From NCBI GenBank assembly GCA_004297205.1, contig SCUL01000002.1, forward strand, positions 786,893 through 850,892: a stretch of DNA of 64,000 nt, given 5' to 3'. Numbering within the stretch: position 1 is the first letter of the stretch; every line of letters starts with the position of its first letter. Both the position numbers and the translations under genes were made by a program. A model generated the notes under the pieces. It saw only the letters and a program-made list of their open reading frames with translations. It searched no databases and was not told where the DNA came from. The stretch is from Patescibacteria group bacterium. GTDB taxonomy: Bacteria; Patescibacteriota; Patescibacteriia; 2-12-FULL-57-11. Shown here piece by piece: positions 49,128-58,170 of the stretch.

Positions 49128-50150
49128 ATGAAAACCGCGCTTTTCGACTATCTTCTGCCGCCGGAGCGCATCGCCCAGAAGCCAGTCCGGCCTCGCGACC
49201 ATTCGCGTTTGCTGGTCCTCGACCCGGTCGTTGGGACCATGAAGCACCGCCGATTCTTCGAGATCGGCGACTTTCTGAATCCGGGCGATCTGCTCGTGGT
49301 CAACGACACCAAAGTCTTCAAGGCACGGCTGACGGCCCGGCGGGCCACCGGCGGAAAAGTTGAAGTGTTTCTGTTGCGCGCGCTCACGGACGGCAAAGCG
49401 GCGAGCGAATGGGAATGTTTGCTGAAACCTGGGAAGAAAGTGCGCGCGGGCGGTGCGCTCGTCGTGGGTCGCGTGCCGTTCACGGTGCTGCGAAAAAACG
49501 AGGACGGCGTCGTTGTCATCCACGCCCCGCTTTCGGCGGACAACGTCATCGACTTCGCCAACCACCATGGCGCCATCCCGGTGCCGCCCTACGTCTGCCG
49601 TGCGCCGAAGACGCTTGCTGATTACCAGACGGTGTACGCCAAGAAAGAGGGGAGCGTGGCCGCACCGACGGCCGGCTTCCACTTCACGCCGCAGCTCATT
49701 GCACGTTTGAAGAAGCGGGGGATCCGTTTCGCCTCGGTCACGCTGCACGTCGGCATCGGCACGTTCCGGCCGGTCAGCGCGACGACACTCGAGGAGCACG
49801 AGATGCATGCCGAATGGGGCGAGATTCCGGCGGCGACCCGCCGCGCAATCATCCAAACAAGGAAAAAGAGCGGGCGGGTCATCGCCGTAGGGACGACGAC
49901 GGTGCGTGCCCTCGAAGGGTTGGGCCGGGAACCCTCGGGTTGGGTGGACATCTTCATCCGTCCCGGTTACCGCTTCCGCGTCGTCGACGCGCTCATCACC
50001 AACTTCCATTTGCCGCGCTCCACCTTGCTCGCGCTCGTCTCGGCTCTGGCGGGCCGCGCCTTCGTTTTGGCCGCCTATGCCGAAGCCGTCAAAAAGAAAT
50101 ACCGCTTTTACTCTTTCGGCGACGCCATGTTCGTGACGCGGCGCGTTTGA
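49128..50150 (+). CDS. queA: S-adenosylmethionine:tRNA ribosyltransferase-isomerase
   Basis: [55 protein letters not shown]. Confidence 0.96.
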   Translation: MKTALFDYLLPPERIAQKPVRPRDHSRLLVLDPVVGTMKHRRFFEIGDFLNPGDLLVVNDTKVFKARLTARRATGGKVEVFLLRALTDGKAASEWECLLKPGKKVRAGGALVVGRVPFTVLRKNEDGVVVIHAPLSADNVIDFANHHGAIPVPPYVCRAPKTLADYQTVYAKKEGSVAAPTAGFHFTPQLIARLKKRGIRFASVTLHVGIGTFRPVSATTLEEHEMHAEWGEIPAATRRAIIQTRKKSGRVIAVGTTTVRALEGLGREPSGWVDIFIRPGYRFRVVDALITNFHLPRSTLLALVSALAGRAFVLAAYAEAVKKKYRFYSFGDAMFVTRRV

Positions 50151-50210
50151 CGCCGGCCGCTGCCGCGGATAAGGTTTGCCGGGTCAATCGTGGCCCGAGA
50201 GGAGAGAAGC

Positions 50211-51218
50211 ATGGATTTCGATCGGTTGCCGGAGCTCGGGCACGTCCTGAGCGTCGATCAGTTCGACCGGCCGTTCCTGGATAAGATCTGCGACGTCACG
50301 CAGGAGATCCGCGAGTTGCGCGACAAGCCGGACGGCAAGCGGCTGCTCAAGGAGCAGTTCGCGGACCGCACGGCCATGCTCTACTTCACGCAGCCGAGCT
50401 CGCGGACGTACACGTCGTTCGCGGTGGCCTGCCAGGAGCTCGGCGTCAGCATCGTGGACGTCCGTGATCCCCACACCTCCTCCGAGGTGAAGGAGGAGAG
50501 CCTGCTCGACTCGATCCGGACGTTCTCGTCGTACGTCGACGTGCTCATCATGCGGTCGCCCGTGGAGGGATTGGCGCGTGACGCCGCCGCGTACTTGGAC
50601 GCGACGCCACGCCCCCGGCCGATCGTGAACGCGGGCAACGCCAAGGACGAGCACCCCACCCAGGCGCTGCTCGACATTTACACGATGCGCCGGTCGTTCA
50701 AGGACCGGGGCGGCGTGGACGGGAAGACTGTCGCCTTCGTCGGGGACCTGGCGCGCAGCCGGGTGGTGCGCTCGCTGGCCAAGCTCATGTACCACTACTA
50801 CGACATGCAGCTCTTGCTGGTGTCGCCGCCGGAGTTCCGCATGAAGCCGGACATCCTCGCGCACCTCGACCAGCACCGGGTGCGATACGAGGAGACCGCC
50901 GACTTCAACGGCGCGGTGCGCCAGGCGGACGTGGTGTACATGACGCGCGTCCAGGACGAGCACGACGCGGCGGACGGCACGCGCTCCCCGCGGTCGTTCC
51001 CGGAGTTCCACTTCACGCAGGAGCATCTGGGGATTCTGCGGCCGGAGGCCATTGTCATGCATCCTGGTCCGCGGCGGGACGAGCTCGACCCGGCGACCGA
51101 CGACGACCCGCGCAGCAAGTACTGGCGCCAGATGCGCAACGGCAAGCATCTGCGTGAGGCGGTCATCGCCTGCATCCTTGCCACGCTGCAGCGCAAGCGC
51201 AACGAACGGCGGCGCTAG
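50211..51218 (+). CDS. pyrB: Aspartate carbamoyltransferase
   Basis: FTQPSSRTYTSF, K.ESL.D, NAG..EHPTQALLD, GDL..SR..RS, YMTRVQ.E, MHPGPR; SD GAGGAG. Confidence 0.9.
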   Translation: MDFDRLPELGHVLSVDQFDRPFLDKICDVTQEIRELRDKPDGKRLLKEQFADRTAMLYFTQPSSRTYTSFAVACQELGVSIVDVRDPHTSSEVKEESLLDSIRTFSSYVDVLIMRSPVEGLARDAAAYLDATPRPRPIVNAGNAKDEHPTQALLDIYTMRRSFKDRGGVDGKTVAFVGDLARSRVVRSLAKLMYHYYDMQLLLVSPPEFRMKPDILAHLDQHRVRYEETADFNGAVRQADVVYMTRVQDEHDAADGTRSPRSFPEFHFTQEHLGILRPEAIVMHPGPRRDELDPATDDDPRSKYWRQMRNGKHLREAVIACILATLQRKRNERRR

Positions 51219-51275
51219 CGCCGCGAGACTGGTCTCCCGGTCTTCTTTTTTTTGCAAAAAAATATGCGCACCGGT

Positions 51276-51599
51276 TCAGGGTGCGCTCGCGGCTGTCTCC
51301 TTGGCCGCGCAGCTCGGACAACGCTCGCGGCGCAGGCGGCACAGTTCGCGCCGCGTCTTCCGGCGATGCTGCCAGACGTAGTCCGCTCCGGTGCACTGGC
51401 CGATCTTGTCGCAGGTCGGACAGATCAGATCCGGCCGCGGCATGCAGACGTTGCAGATGATCCCGGCCAGCGTCCGGCGCTCCTCCGCGTCGACCCGGCG
51501 CTCGATCCAGTGGTGCGGGCCGCGCACCGATTGGTTGTGGACGGCCACGCACCCGCACGCCACGCAGTAGGCGTAGGCGTTGCCGTTCGATCCGCTCAT
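51276..51599 (-). CDS. Cys-rich (CxxC x4) hypothetical protein
   Basis: CVAC, CNVC, CPTC, CPSC; AAGGAGG SD; TGGACG-17-TAACCT. Confidence 0.6.
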   Translation of the reverse strand: MSGSNGNAYAYCVACGCVAVHNQSVRGPHHWIERRVDAEERRTLAGIICNVCMPRPDLICPTCDKIGQCTGADYVWQHRRKTRRELCRLRRERCPSCAAKETAASAP

Positions 51600-51715
51600 G
51601 CATCCTCCTTCGGGCTGGGCGGCAGGTTACGCCGCTTGCCCGCAGTCGTCCAGGCGGATAGGATGCCGCCCGGCCATCAGGCCGTGTTCACGAACAACAT
51701 ACAGAAAGGAACACC

Positions 51716-52699
51716 GTGCGTCTCTTCGTCGAACGCCTCGATCGCTGGGTCGAATTCGGGCACGTTGGCAACGCTTCCGGCGCGCGCAACTTCTTTGGCC
51801 AGGGCTACCCGTTCCACCACCTGGCCCGGCCGGTCGGGCTCAACTTCAGGGGGAGCTACCTCGTGGCGAAGACGGCCCCGCTCGAGCCGCGCAAGGGGAA
51901 CATGGCGACGAAGAAGGACGGCATGACGCCGCGGGACCTCTTCCCGGATTGCGTCATTGCCCTGCCCCGCACCGCCGCGGGACTCAACGCCGTCGGACTG
52001 ACCTGTCCGGGGCTGCGCGTCCTGCTCTCCCTCGACCGCTGGCAGCGCTGGCCCGAGCCGTTCTTCCTCTCGCTCATGGCGGTCGGCGCCACGCGCGAGG
52101 AGCGGCTGAACGAGTACCGCGCCATCGTCTCGCTGCTGACCCCGCAGCTGCCGAAGTTCCAGGCGCCGCTCGGGCTCGAGGTCAACATCACCTGTCCGAA
52201 CGTCGGCCTGCACCTCGACGCGCTGCTCGGCGAGGTCGAGGACATCCTGCGCATCCTGTCCGTGCTCGGCCTGCCGATCCTCATCAAGATCAACGTCCTC
52301 CTCCCGGTGGAGGCGGCGCTCGAGATGGAGCGGCTGGAGCACCTCGCGGGCATCGTGCAAGGCAACTCCTTGCCCTGGGACGCGGTGCCGGCGGAGCTGC
52401 GTCTGCAGCTCTTCGGCACCACCGTCTCGCCGCTCGCCAAGTACGGCGGCGGCGGGCTGAGCGGCCGGCCGCTGCTCCCGCTGGTCAACGTTTGGATCGG
52501 CCAGGCCCGGAAAGCGGGTTTCGCCAAGCCCATCGTCGGTTGCGGCGGGATCATGTCCGCCGCGGACGCCGAGTGGATGCTCGCGCGGGGCGCGACGGCG
52601 GTCCAGCTCGGCACGGTCTGCATGGTGCGGCCGTGGCGGGTGCGCGGCATCATCAACCACGTCAATTGGTGGTTCGAGGAGAAGGAGAGACTGGCATGA
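51716..52699 (+). CDS. pyrD: Dihydroorotate dehydrogenase, family-1-like, divergent
   Basis: NASG, KT, NAVGL, EVNITCPNV, GGLSG, IVGCGGI, GATAVQLGT; SD AGAAAGGA. Confidence 0.85.
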   Translation: MRLFVERLDRWVEFGHVGNASGARNFFGQGYPFHHLARPVGLNFRGSYLVAKTAPLEPRKGNMATKKDGMTPRDLFPDCVIALPRTAAGLNAVGLTCPGLRVLLSLDRWQRWPEPFFLSLMAVGATREERLNEYRAIVSLLTPQLPKFQAPLGLEVNITCPNVGLHLDALLGEVEDILRILSVLGLPILIKINVLLPVEAALEMERLEHLAGIVQGNSLPWDAVPAELRLQLFGTTVSPLAKYGGGGLSGRPLLPLVNVWIGQARKAGFAKPIVGCGGIMSAADAEWMLARGATAVQLGTVCMVRPWRVRGIINHVNWWFEEKERLA

Positions 52700-53724
52700 A
52701 GACGATCACGATCCGCAGGCCGGACGACGGGCATGTGCACTTCCGACAGGATGGCGTGCTGCCCGGGCTGCTGCTCGAGCATGCCGACATCTGCGGCATC
52801 GCCGTGGACATGCCGAACCCGAAGCCGCCGATCCGCACCGGACGGGACATTCTGGCCCGCCGCGCCGTGTTCGCCGAGGTGGTCGCGGACCGGCGGCCGT
52901 GGTTCCGTCCGCGCTTCTGCGCCTACCAGACGCCGGAGACGACCGCCGAGACCGTCGACGACGTTATGGACGCCGGCGCTGACGGGTTCAAGACCTACCC
53001 CACGGACCAGGAGCGTAAGCCGGGCACGACGAACGCCGAGTGGGGGATGTATCCGCCGGAGCATCTCGATCCGAAGCGTGCGCCGTTCTTCGAGCGGCTC
53101 GTCGAACGTCGAGGGATCTGGCGTGTCCACGCCGAGCATCCTGACTACAAGCAGGAGGACCGCGAGAAGGCCTTCCTGCCGATCCTCGACACGCTCCTGC
53201 AGCGCCACCCGGAGCTGCGCGTGGTGTTCGAGCACATCTCGAGCGCCGAGGGCGTGGCCTTCGTGAAGGCGCATCCGCAGATGATGGCCACGGTCACGCC
53301 GCACCACATGCTGCTGACCTGGTCGGACGGCTACGGCAACCACGACCACTGCTGCATGCCGGCCATCAAGACCGAGACCGACCGCATCGCGGTGTTCGAG
53401 TTCGCGCGTGACTCTGCCCAGGCCGCCTACGGCTCGGACAGCGCCCCGCACCCGCGCGCCGCCAAGGCGCAGGTCAAGGGCGCGAACGGCATCTTCGTGC
53501 CGCCGCGCGTCGGCATCCCGGCGGTCGTCGCGCTGTTCGAGCGCGAGGGCTGTCCGGAGAAGCTCGAGCCGTTCTTCTCCGAACGCTACGCCGACTGGCT
53601 CGGCGTGCCGCGCAACGAGGACGCGATCACCTTGGTGCGCGAGCCCTGGACGGTGCCTGAGGAGATGGCCGGTTTCCGGCCGCTCTTCGCCGGCCAGACG
53701 CTCGACTGGCGCATCCGCGAGTGA
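52696..53724 (+). CDS. pyrC: Dihydroorotase (short, E. coli-like type)
   Basis: DGHVHFR, MPN.KPP, FKTYP..TTN, HAE, EHISS, TVTPHH, GSDSAPH; ATGA overlap with pyrD. Confidence 0.9.
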   Translation: MKTITIRRPDDGHVHFRQDGVLPGLLLEHADICGIAVDMPNPKPPIRTGRDILARRAVFAEVVADRRPWFRPRFCAYQTPETTAETVDDVMDAGADGFKTYPTDQERKPGTTNAEWGMYPPEHLDPKRAPFFERLVERRGIWRVHAEHPDYKQEDREKAFLPILDTLLQRHPELRVVFEHISSAEGVAFVKAHPQMMATVTPHHMLLTWSDGYGNHDHCCMPAIKTETDRIAVFEFARDSAQAAYGSDSAPHPRAAKAQVKGANGIFVPPRVGIPAVVALFEREGCPEKLEPFFSERYADWLGVPRNEDAITLVREPWTVPEEMAGFRPLFAGQTLDWRIRE

Positions 53725-53769
53725 GCGACGGGCGGGAACCCCTCGGGGAACCCGCCCCTTTTTTTATCA

Positions 53770-53798
53770 TTGACACGCCGGGGTTCCTCCTTTATACT
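53770..53798 (+). promoter_or_regulatory. Sigma70 promoter of rpsB-tsf
   Basis: TTGACA-17 nt-TATACT. Confidence 0.8.
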
Positions 53799-53817
53799 CG
53801 CGCCATAAGTTATATCT

Positions 53818-53882
53818 CACACCCCGTCCGTTCACGCCCGGCGGGGGAGGGCTCAGCCACTTTTGGCGGGCACCCAGGCGTT
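53818..53882 (+). promoter_or_regulatory. Possible structured rpsB (S2) leader
   Basis: ~85-nt 5' UTR beginning CACACC with GCCCG..CGGGC pairing; inferred from position. Confidence 0.35.
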
Positions 53883-53888
53883 TTTTGT

Positions 53889-54683
53889 ATGGCAAATATT
53901 CCGAGCCTCATGGAGCTGCTGAAGACCGGCATGCACTTCGGCCACCAGGAATCCCGCTGGCACCCGAAGATGAAGCCGTTCATTTTCGGCGCGCGCGGCG
54001 GCATCCACATCATCAACCTGGAAATCACCCAGGAGAAGCTCAAGGCCGCGCTCGAGTACGTGAAGGGCGTCGCGGCCCGCGGCGGCACGGTCATGTTCGT
54101 CGGCACCAAGCGCCAGGCGCAGGAGATCGTGAAGCGCGAGGCGCTCCGGGCCGGCGTGCCCTACGTCAGCGAACGCTGGCTGGGCGGAACGCTCACCAAC
54201 TTCCCGATGATCCACGCCACCATCAAGCGCTACCGTGACTTGATGAAGCGGCGCGCCTCCGGCGACATCGCCGAGAAGTACACCAAGAAGGAGCAGCTCA
54301 TGATCGACCGCGAGATCGTGGAAATGGAAGAGCGCGTCGGCGGCATCAGCGAGCTCGACAAGCTCCCGGATGCGGTGTTCATCCTGGACCTGAAGTACGA
54401 GAAGACGGCCTACACGGAAGCCATCACCAAGCGGGTTCCGGTCATCGCGCTTGTCGACTCCAACGTCAATCCGGAAGACGTGGCCTGGCCCATCCCGGGC
54501 AACGACGACGCGGTCCGCGCCATCGACATGGTGTTCCGCCTCCTGGCCGACGCCGTGCTCGAAGGCAAGGCCAACCCGGTCGCGCCGCCGGCCCCGCCGG
54601 TGCGCGTCGCGGTCGCCGCGCCTGCGCCGATTGCGGCTCCGGCTCCGGTCGCCGCTCCGGCAACGGACAAGGCCGTCTCCTAA
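53889..54683 (+). CDS. rpsB: 30S ribosomal protein S2
   Basis: GMHFGHQ..WHPKM, FVGTK, RWLGGTLTNF, PGNDDA; Ala/Pro tail. Confidence 0.98.
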   Translation: MANIPSLMELLKTGMHFGHQESRWHPKMKPFIFGARGGIHIINLEITQEKLKAALEYVKGVAARGGTVMFVGTKRQAQEIVKREALRAGVPYVSERWLGGTLTNFPMIHATIKRYRDLMKRRASGDIAEKYTKKEQLMIDREIVEMEERVGGISELDKLPDAVFILDLKYEKTAYTEAITKRVPVIALVDSNVNPEDVAWPIPGNDDAVRAIDMVFRLLADAVLEGKANPVAPPAPPVRVAVAAPAPIAAPAPVAAPATDKAVS

Positions 54684-54720
54684 TCCGCATCAGACCATCA
54701 ACCATCGAACCGTTCCTTCT

Positions 54721-55332
54721 ATGGCAGACGCAAAACAGGTCATGGAGCTGCGGGCGCTGACCAACGCCGGCGTCATGGACGCCAAGACCGCGCTCGACGA
54801 AGCGGGCGGCGACGTCCAGAAAGCCGCCGAGCTGCTCCGCAAGAAAGGCATCGCCAAGGCCGACAAGAAGAGCGACCGCGCCACGGCCGAGGGCGTCATC
54901 CACGCGTACGTGCACGCCAACGGCAAAGTCGGCGCCATGGTCGAAGTGCTGTGCGAAACGGACTTCGTGGCGCGCAACGAACAGTTCCAACAGTTCGTGC
55001 ATGACCTGGCCATGCACGTCGTGGCGGCCAACCCGCTCTACGTCCGCGCCGAGGACGTCCCGGCGGAAGTCCTCGAAAAGGAGAAACAGGTTTTCATCGA
55101 GGAAGTCGCGGCCGCCGGCAAGCCGCCCGAGATCGTCGAGAAGATCGTCTCCGGCAAGATCGAGAAGTACCTGACCGACGTCTGCCTCATGAAGCAGCCG
55201 TTCGTGAAGGACGAAGACGTCACCGTCGAAGAGCTGACCAAGTCGGTGACGGCCAAGGTGGGGGAGAACATCAAAGTGAAGCGCTTCGTGCGCATGTCGC
55301 TCGAAGCGGAACAGAAGCCGGTCGAGGAATAA
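54721..55332 (+). CDS. tsf: Elongation factor Ts (short form)
   Basis: LR..T.AGVMDAK.AL, LRKKG, CETDFVAR, Q.FVKD, GENI.V.RF. Confidence 0.97.
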   Translation: MADAKQVMELRALTNAGVMDAKTALDEAGGDVQKAAELLRKKGIAKADKKSDRATAEGVIHAYVHANGKVGAMVEVLCETDFVARNEQFQQFVHDLAMHVVAANPLYVRAEDVPAEVLEKEKQVFIEEVAAAGKPPEIVEKIVSGKIEKYLTDVCLMKQPFVKDEDVTVEELTKSVTAKVGENIKVKRFVRMSLEAEQKPVEE

Positions 55333-55385
55333 AGGAAATGCCGCCTGCGGGCGGCGTTTTCTTTTGTTTGGTATACTTGCGGCGT

Positions 55386-55559
55386 ATGCCTCACTGGCTG
55401 ACACGGACGTTCGTCGCAGCGACGGCCGCGCTGTACCTGGCGATCTGGGTCGGCATCGCCGTGCAGAACGCCATGATCACCGGGATGCTGCGCGACGTCG
55501 ACCGCGTGGAAGAGCGGCTGATGCGCACGCACTTCCTCCTTTATCCCCTCGTGCCGTAA
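55386..55559 (+). CDS. Small TM protein
   Basis: TGGTATACT eight nt before ATG; one TM plus short helix. Confidence 0.55.
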   Translation: MPHWLTRTFVAATAALYLAIWVGIAVQNAMITGMLRDVDRVEERLMRTHFLLYPLVP

Positions 55560-55563
55560 CCGT

Positions 55564-55749
55564 ATGTCGAACCGCGCGTTGTCCTTGGCCGTCGTCGTGC
55601 TGATGATCCTCGGCATCCTGACCTCCGCCGTCGTCGTCATGCAGAACCAGCAGCTCCTCATCCTCGCCGACCGCGTCCAGGCGCTGTCCGACCAGGCCGA
55701 GCGGACCTTTGACATCGTCCAGAAGCGCGCTTTGGAGGAAAGATCCTGA
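55564..55749 (+). CDS. Small TM protein
   Basis: One TM plus coiled-coil; 4-5 nt spacing to neighbours. Confidence 0.6.
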   Translation: MSNRALSLAVVVLMILGILTSAVVVMQNQQLLILADRVQALSDQAERTFDIVQKRALEERS

Positions 55750-55754
55750 CCCAT

Positions 55755-56786
55755 ATGCCCAAAAAGATCCGCATCGCCATCAACGGTTTCGGCCGCATCG
55801 GACGGACCGCCTTCAAAGCGGCGCTCAGCCGCCCGGACATCATGCGGAAGATCGAGGTCGTCGCCGTGAACGACCTGATGGAGCCGGCCACCCTGGCGCA
55901 CCTGCTGGCCTATGACTCCGTCTTCCGCCGCACCGCCGCCAAGATCCGGGCGACGAAGACGCACCTGATCGTGAACGGACAGAAGATCCTCGTGACCGCG
56001 GAGAAGGATCCGGCGACGCTGCCCTGGAAAAAGCTCGACGTCGACGTGGTGCTGGAATGCACCGGCCGTTTCACGTCGCGCGAACTCGCCTCCGGGCACG
56101 TCCGGGCGGGCGCGCGGCACGTCATCGTTTCGGCGCCTGCCAAGGAAACGCCCACCTATCTCATGGGCGTGAACGTCGACGCGCGTACTGCCAGGCAGAA
56201 GGTGCTCAACAACGCCTCCTGCACCACCAACTGCGTGGGACCCGTGACCGCAGTCATCGAGTCGCGCTTCGGCATCCGCAAAGCCGCCATGACGACGATC
56301 CACGCCGTGACCGCGGAACAGAATCTCGTGGACGGCCCGCCGCCCGGCGGCAAGAAAGGCGACCTGCGGCGCGCCCGCTCGGCCCTCGTCAACATGATTC
56401 CGACCACCACCGGGGCCGCCGTGGCGGCCACCGAAGCGCTGCCACGGCTCAAGGGGAAGTTCGACGGCATGGCCATCCGCGTGCCGGTCCTGGACGTTTC
56501 TTTGTCCGACTTCACCTTCCTCCTCAAAAAGAAGACGACCGTCGAGCAGGTCAACGCGGCCTTCGTGAAAGCCTCGCAACATTATCTGATGAAGGGCATC
56601 CTCGGCGTCTCGGACGTCCCGCTCGTCTCTTCCGACTACATCGGCTCCACCTATTCGGCGGTCGTGGACCTGCCGTACACCAAAGTGATCGACGGCGATC
56701 TGCTCAAGGTGCTGGCCTGGTACGACAATGAATGGGGCTACTCGCACCGCCTGATCGAAATGGCGGTACGGGTGGGGAAAAAATAA
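55755..56786 (+). CDS. gap: Glyceraldehyde-3-phosphate dehydrogenase type I
   Basis: INGFGRIGR, ASCTTNC, IPTTTGAA, RVP, WYDNEWGY. Confidence 0.98.
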   Translation: MPKKIRIAINGFGRIGRTAFKAALSRPDIMRKIEVVAVNDLMEPATLAHLLAYDSVFRRTAAKIRATKTHLIVNGQKILVTAEKDPATLPWKKLDVDVVLECTGRFTSRELASGHVRAGARHVIVSAPAKETPTYLMGVNVDARTARQKVLNNASCTTNCVGPVTAVIESRFGIRKAAMTTIHAVTAEQNLVDGPPPGGKKGDLRRARSALVNMIPTTTGAAVAATEALPRLKGKFDGMAIRVPVLDVSLSDFTFLLKKKTTVEQVNAAFVKASQHYLMKGILGVSDVPLVSSDYIGSTYSAVVDLPYTKVIDGDLLKVLAWYDNEWGYSHRLIEMAVRVGKK

Positions 56787-56791
56787 CACGC

Positions 56792-56844
56792 GTAGGGGCG
56801 GCATCCATGACGCCCCGTCAGGGCGCGATGAATCACGCCCCCAC
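56792..56844. repeat. GTAG-type REP doublet
   Basis: GTAGGGGCG..CGCCCC followed by GGGCGCGATGAATCACGCCCCCAC. Confidence 0.65.
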
Positions 56845-56847
56845 AGC

Positions 56848-58152
56848 ATGTCCATGCATAAACGTTTTCGTGTTCTGATTTTGGGCGCCGGATTCGGAGG
56901 CCTTGCCGCGGCGCGACGGCTCCGCGGAAGTCCGGATGTCGAGGTGACGCTCATCGACCGCAACGCGACGCACTCTTATTATCCGATGCTCTACGAGGTG
57001 GCGACCGGCTTCAGGCACGGCCGCGACATGGTCGGGGAGGCGGCGTTGTCCCGCGGTGCCTCGATTTCTTATGAGCGCATCCTGGCGCGCTGGGGCTGCG
57101 GGTTCGTGCAGGCTGCGGTGGCCGCGGTCGATCCGGGCAAGAAGGTCGTCCGCACCGACGACGGCGACGAGCATCCCTACGACCATCTCGTGGTTTCCTT
57201 CGGTTTCACATCGGATTTTTTCGGCATCGCCGGCCTCGAGGAGCGGGCCTTTACGCTGTCCTCACTCGAAGACGCGCTGGCCATCCGGCGGCGCGTCATG
57301 GACTACCTGGACCGCAAGAAGCGCGGTCAGGAAGTCTCCCTGCGCATATTGGTCGGCGGCGGCGGCGCCACGGGCGTCGAAACCGCGGCCGAGCTGGCCA
57401 ACTTTTTCCACGGGCGGCAGAAGGCCGGGGATCTGCATTCCGGCGACTGGAACATCCGGCTGGTGGAAGCGTCGCCGCGGTTGTTGTCCATGTTGCCGAC
57501 GGAGGCATCGGCGGCGGTGTTGAAACGGTTGGAGAAGCTCGGCGTCAAAGTCATGCTCGACACCTGCATCAAACGCGTCGAAGACCGCCACGTCGTCCTG
57601 GCGCCGCGGCCGCTCCGGCCCGGCGAATCGCTCGACGCCCTGGTCTGCGAATTCCGGGCCGAGGCGGAACGTTCCTTTGAAGCGGAGGTCATCTTGTGGT
57701 GCGGCGGCATTCGGGGGAGCGCTTCCACCGCCATGCTCGGTCTCGCCGTCGACCGCAAGGGACGCATCCCCGTCGATCCGACGATGGCCGCCCAGGCTCC
57801 GGACGTCTTTGCGGTCGGCGACTGCGCGGCGCTGACCGATCCGGAGAGCGGCAAACCCGTGCCGAACCTGGCGCAGTCGGCGATCGAGATGGGGGAGCTT
57901 GCCGGGGAGAACATCATTCGGCGCATCCACGGCCTGCCGTTGCGTTCCTTCCGCTTCCACGCCTATCCCACGGTCATCCCGCTCGGCGGAAAGAACGCGC
58001 TGGCGCATATCGGCACATGGACTGCGGCCGGCCTCGTCGGCTTCGCGGTGCGTCAGGCGGCATCGTTCGGGTATTGGCTGAAGATCCTGCCGTTCCACGT
58101 CGCCCTGCGCGACTTCGTCCGCAGCACCTTCTCCTACATGAGCAATGATTAG
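56848..58152 (+). CDS. Type II NADH dehydrogenase-like FAD oxidoreductase
   Basis: LGAGFGG, P.LYEVATG, YDHLV, GGGATGVE.A.EL, FAVGDCA, P.LAQSA, LG...A. Confidence 0.88.
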   Translation: MSMHKRFRVLILGAGFGGLAAARRLRGSPDVEVTLIDRNATHSYYPMLYEVATGFRHGRDMVGEAALSRGASISYERILARWGCGFVQAAVAAVDPGKKVVRTDDGDEHPYDHLVVSFGFTSDFFGIAGLEERAFTLSSLEDALAIRRRVMDYLDRKKRGQEVSLRILVGGGGATGVETAAELANFFHGRQKAGDLHSGDWNIRLVEASPRLLSMLPTEASAAVLKRLEKLGVKVMLDTCIKRVEDRHVVLAPRPLRPGESLDALVCEFRAEAERSFEAEVILWCGGIRGSASTAMLGLAVDRKGRIPVDPTMAAQAPDVFAVGDCAALTDPESGKPVPNLAQSAIEMGELAGENIIRRIHGLPLRSFRFHAYPTVIPLGGKNALAHIGTWTAAGLVGFAVRQAASFGYWLKILPFHVALRDFVRSTFSYMSND

Positions 58153-58170
58153 CGGGTGTATACTGCTGCC

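Noticed and set aside
51580-52695. Apparent 714-aa PyrC or PyrD-PyrC fusion
   Set aside because: The upstream part is an off-frame overlap of pyrD; pyrC has its own SD and ATGA overlap at 52696.
54580-54683. Ala/Pro repeat at the rpsB end
   Set aside because: Ordinary low-complexity S2 tail.
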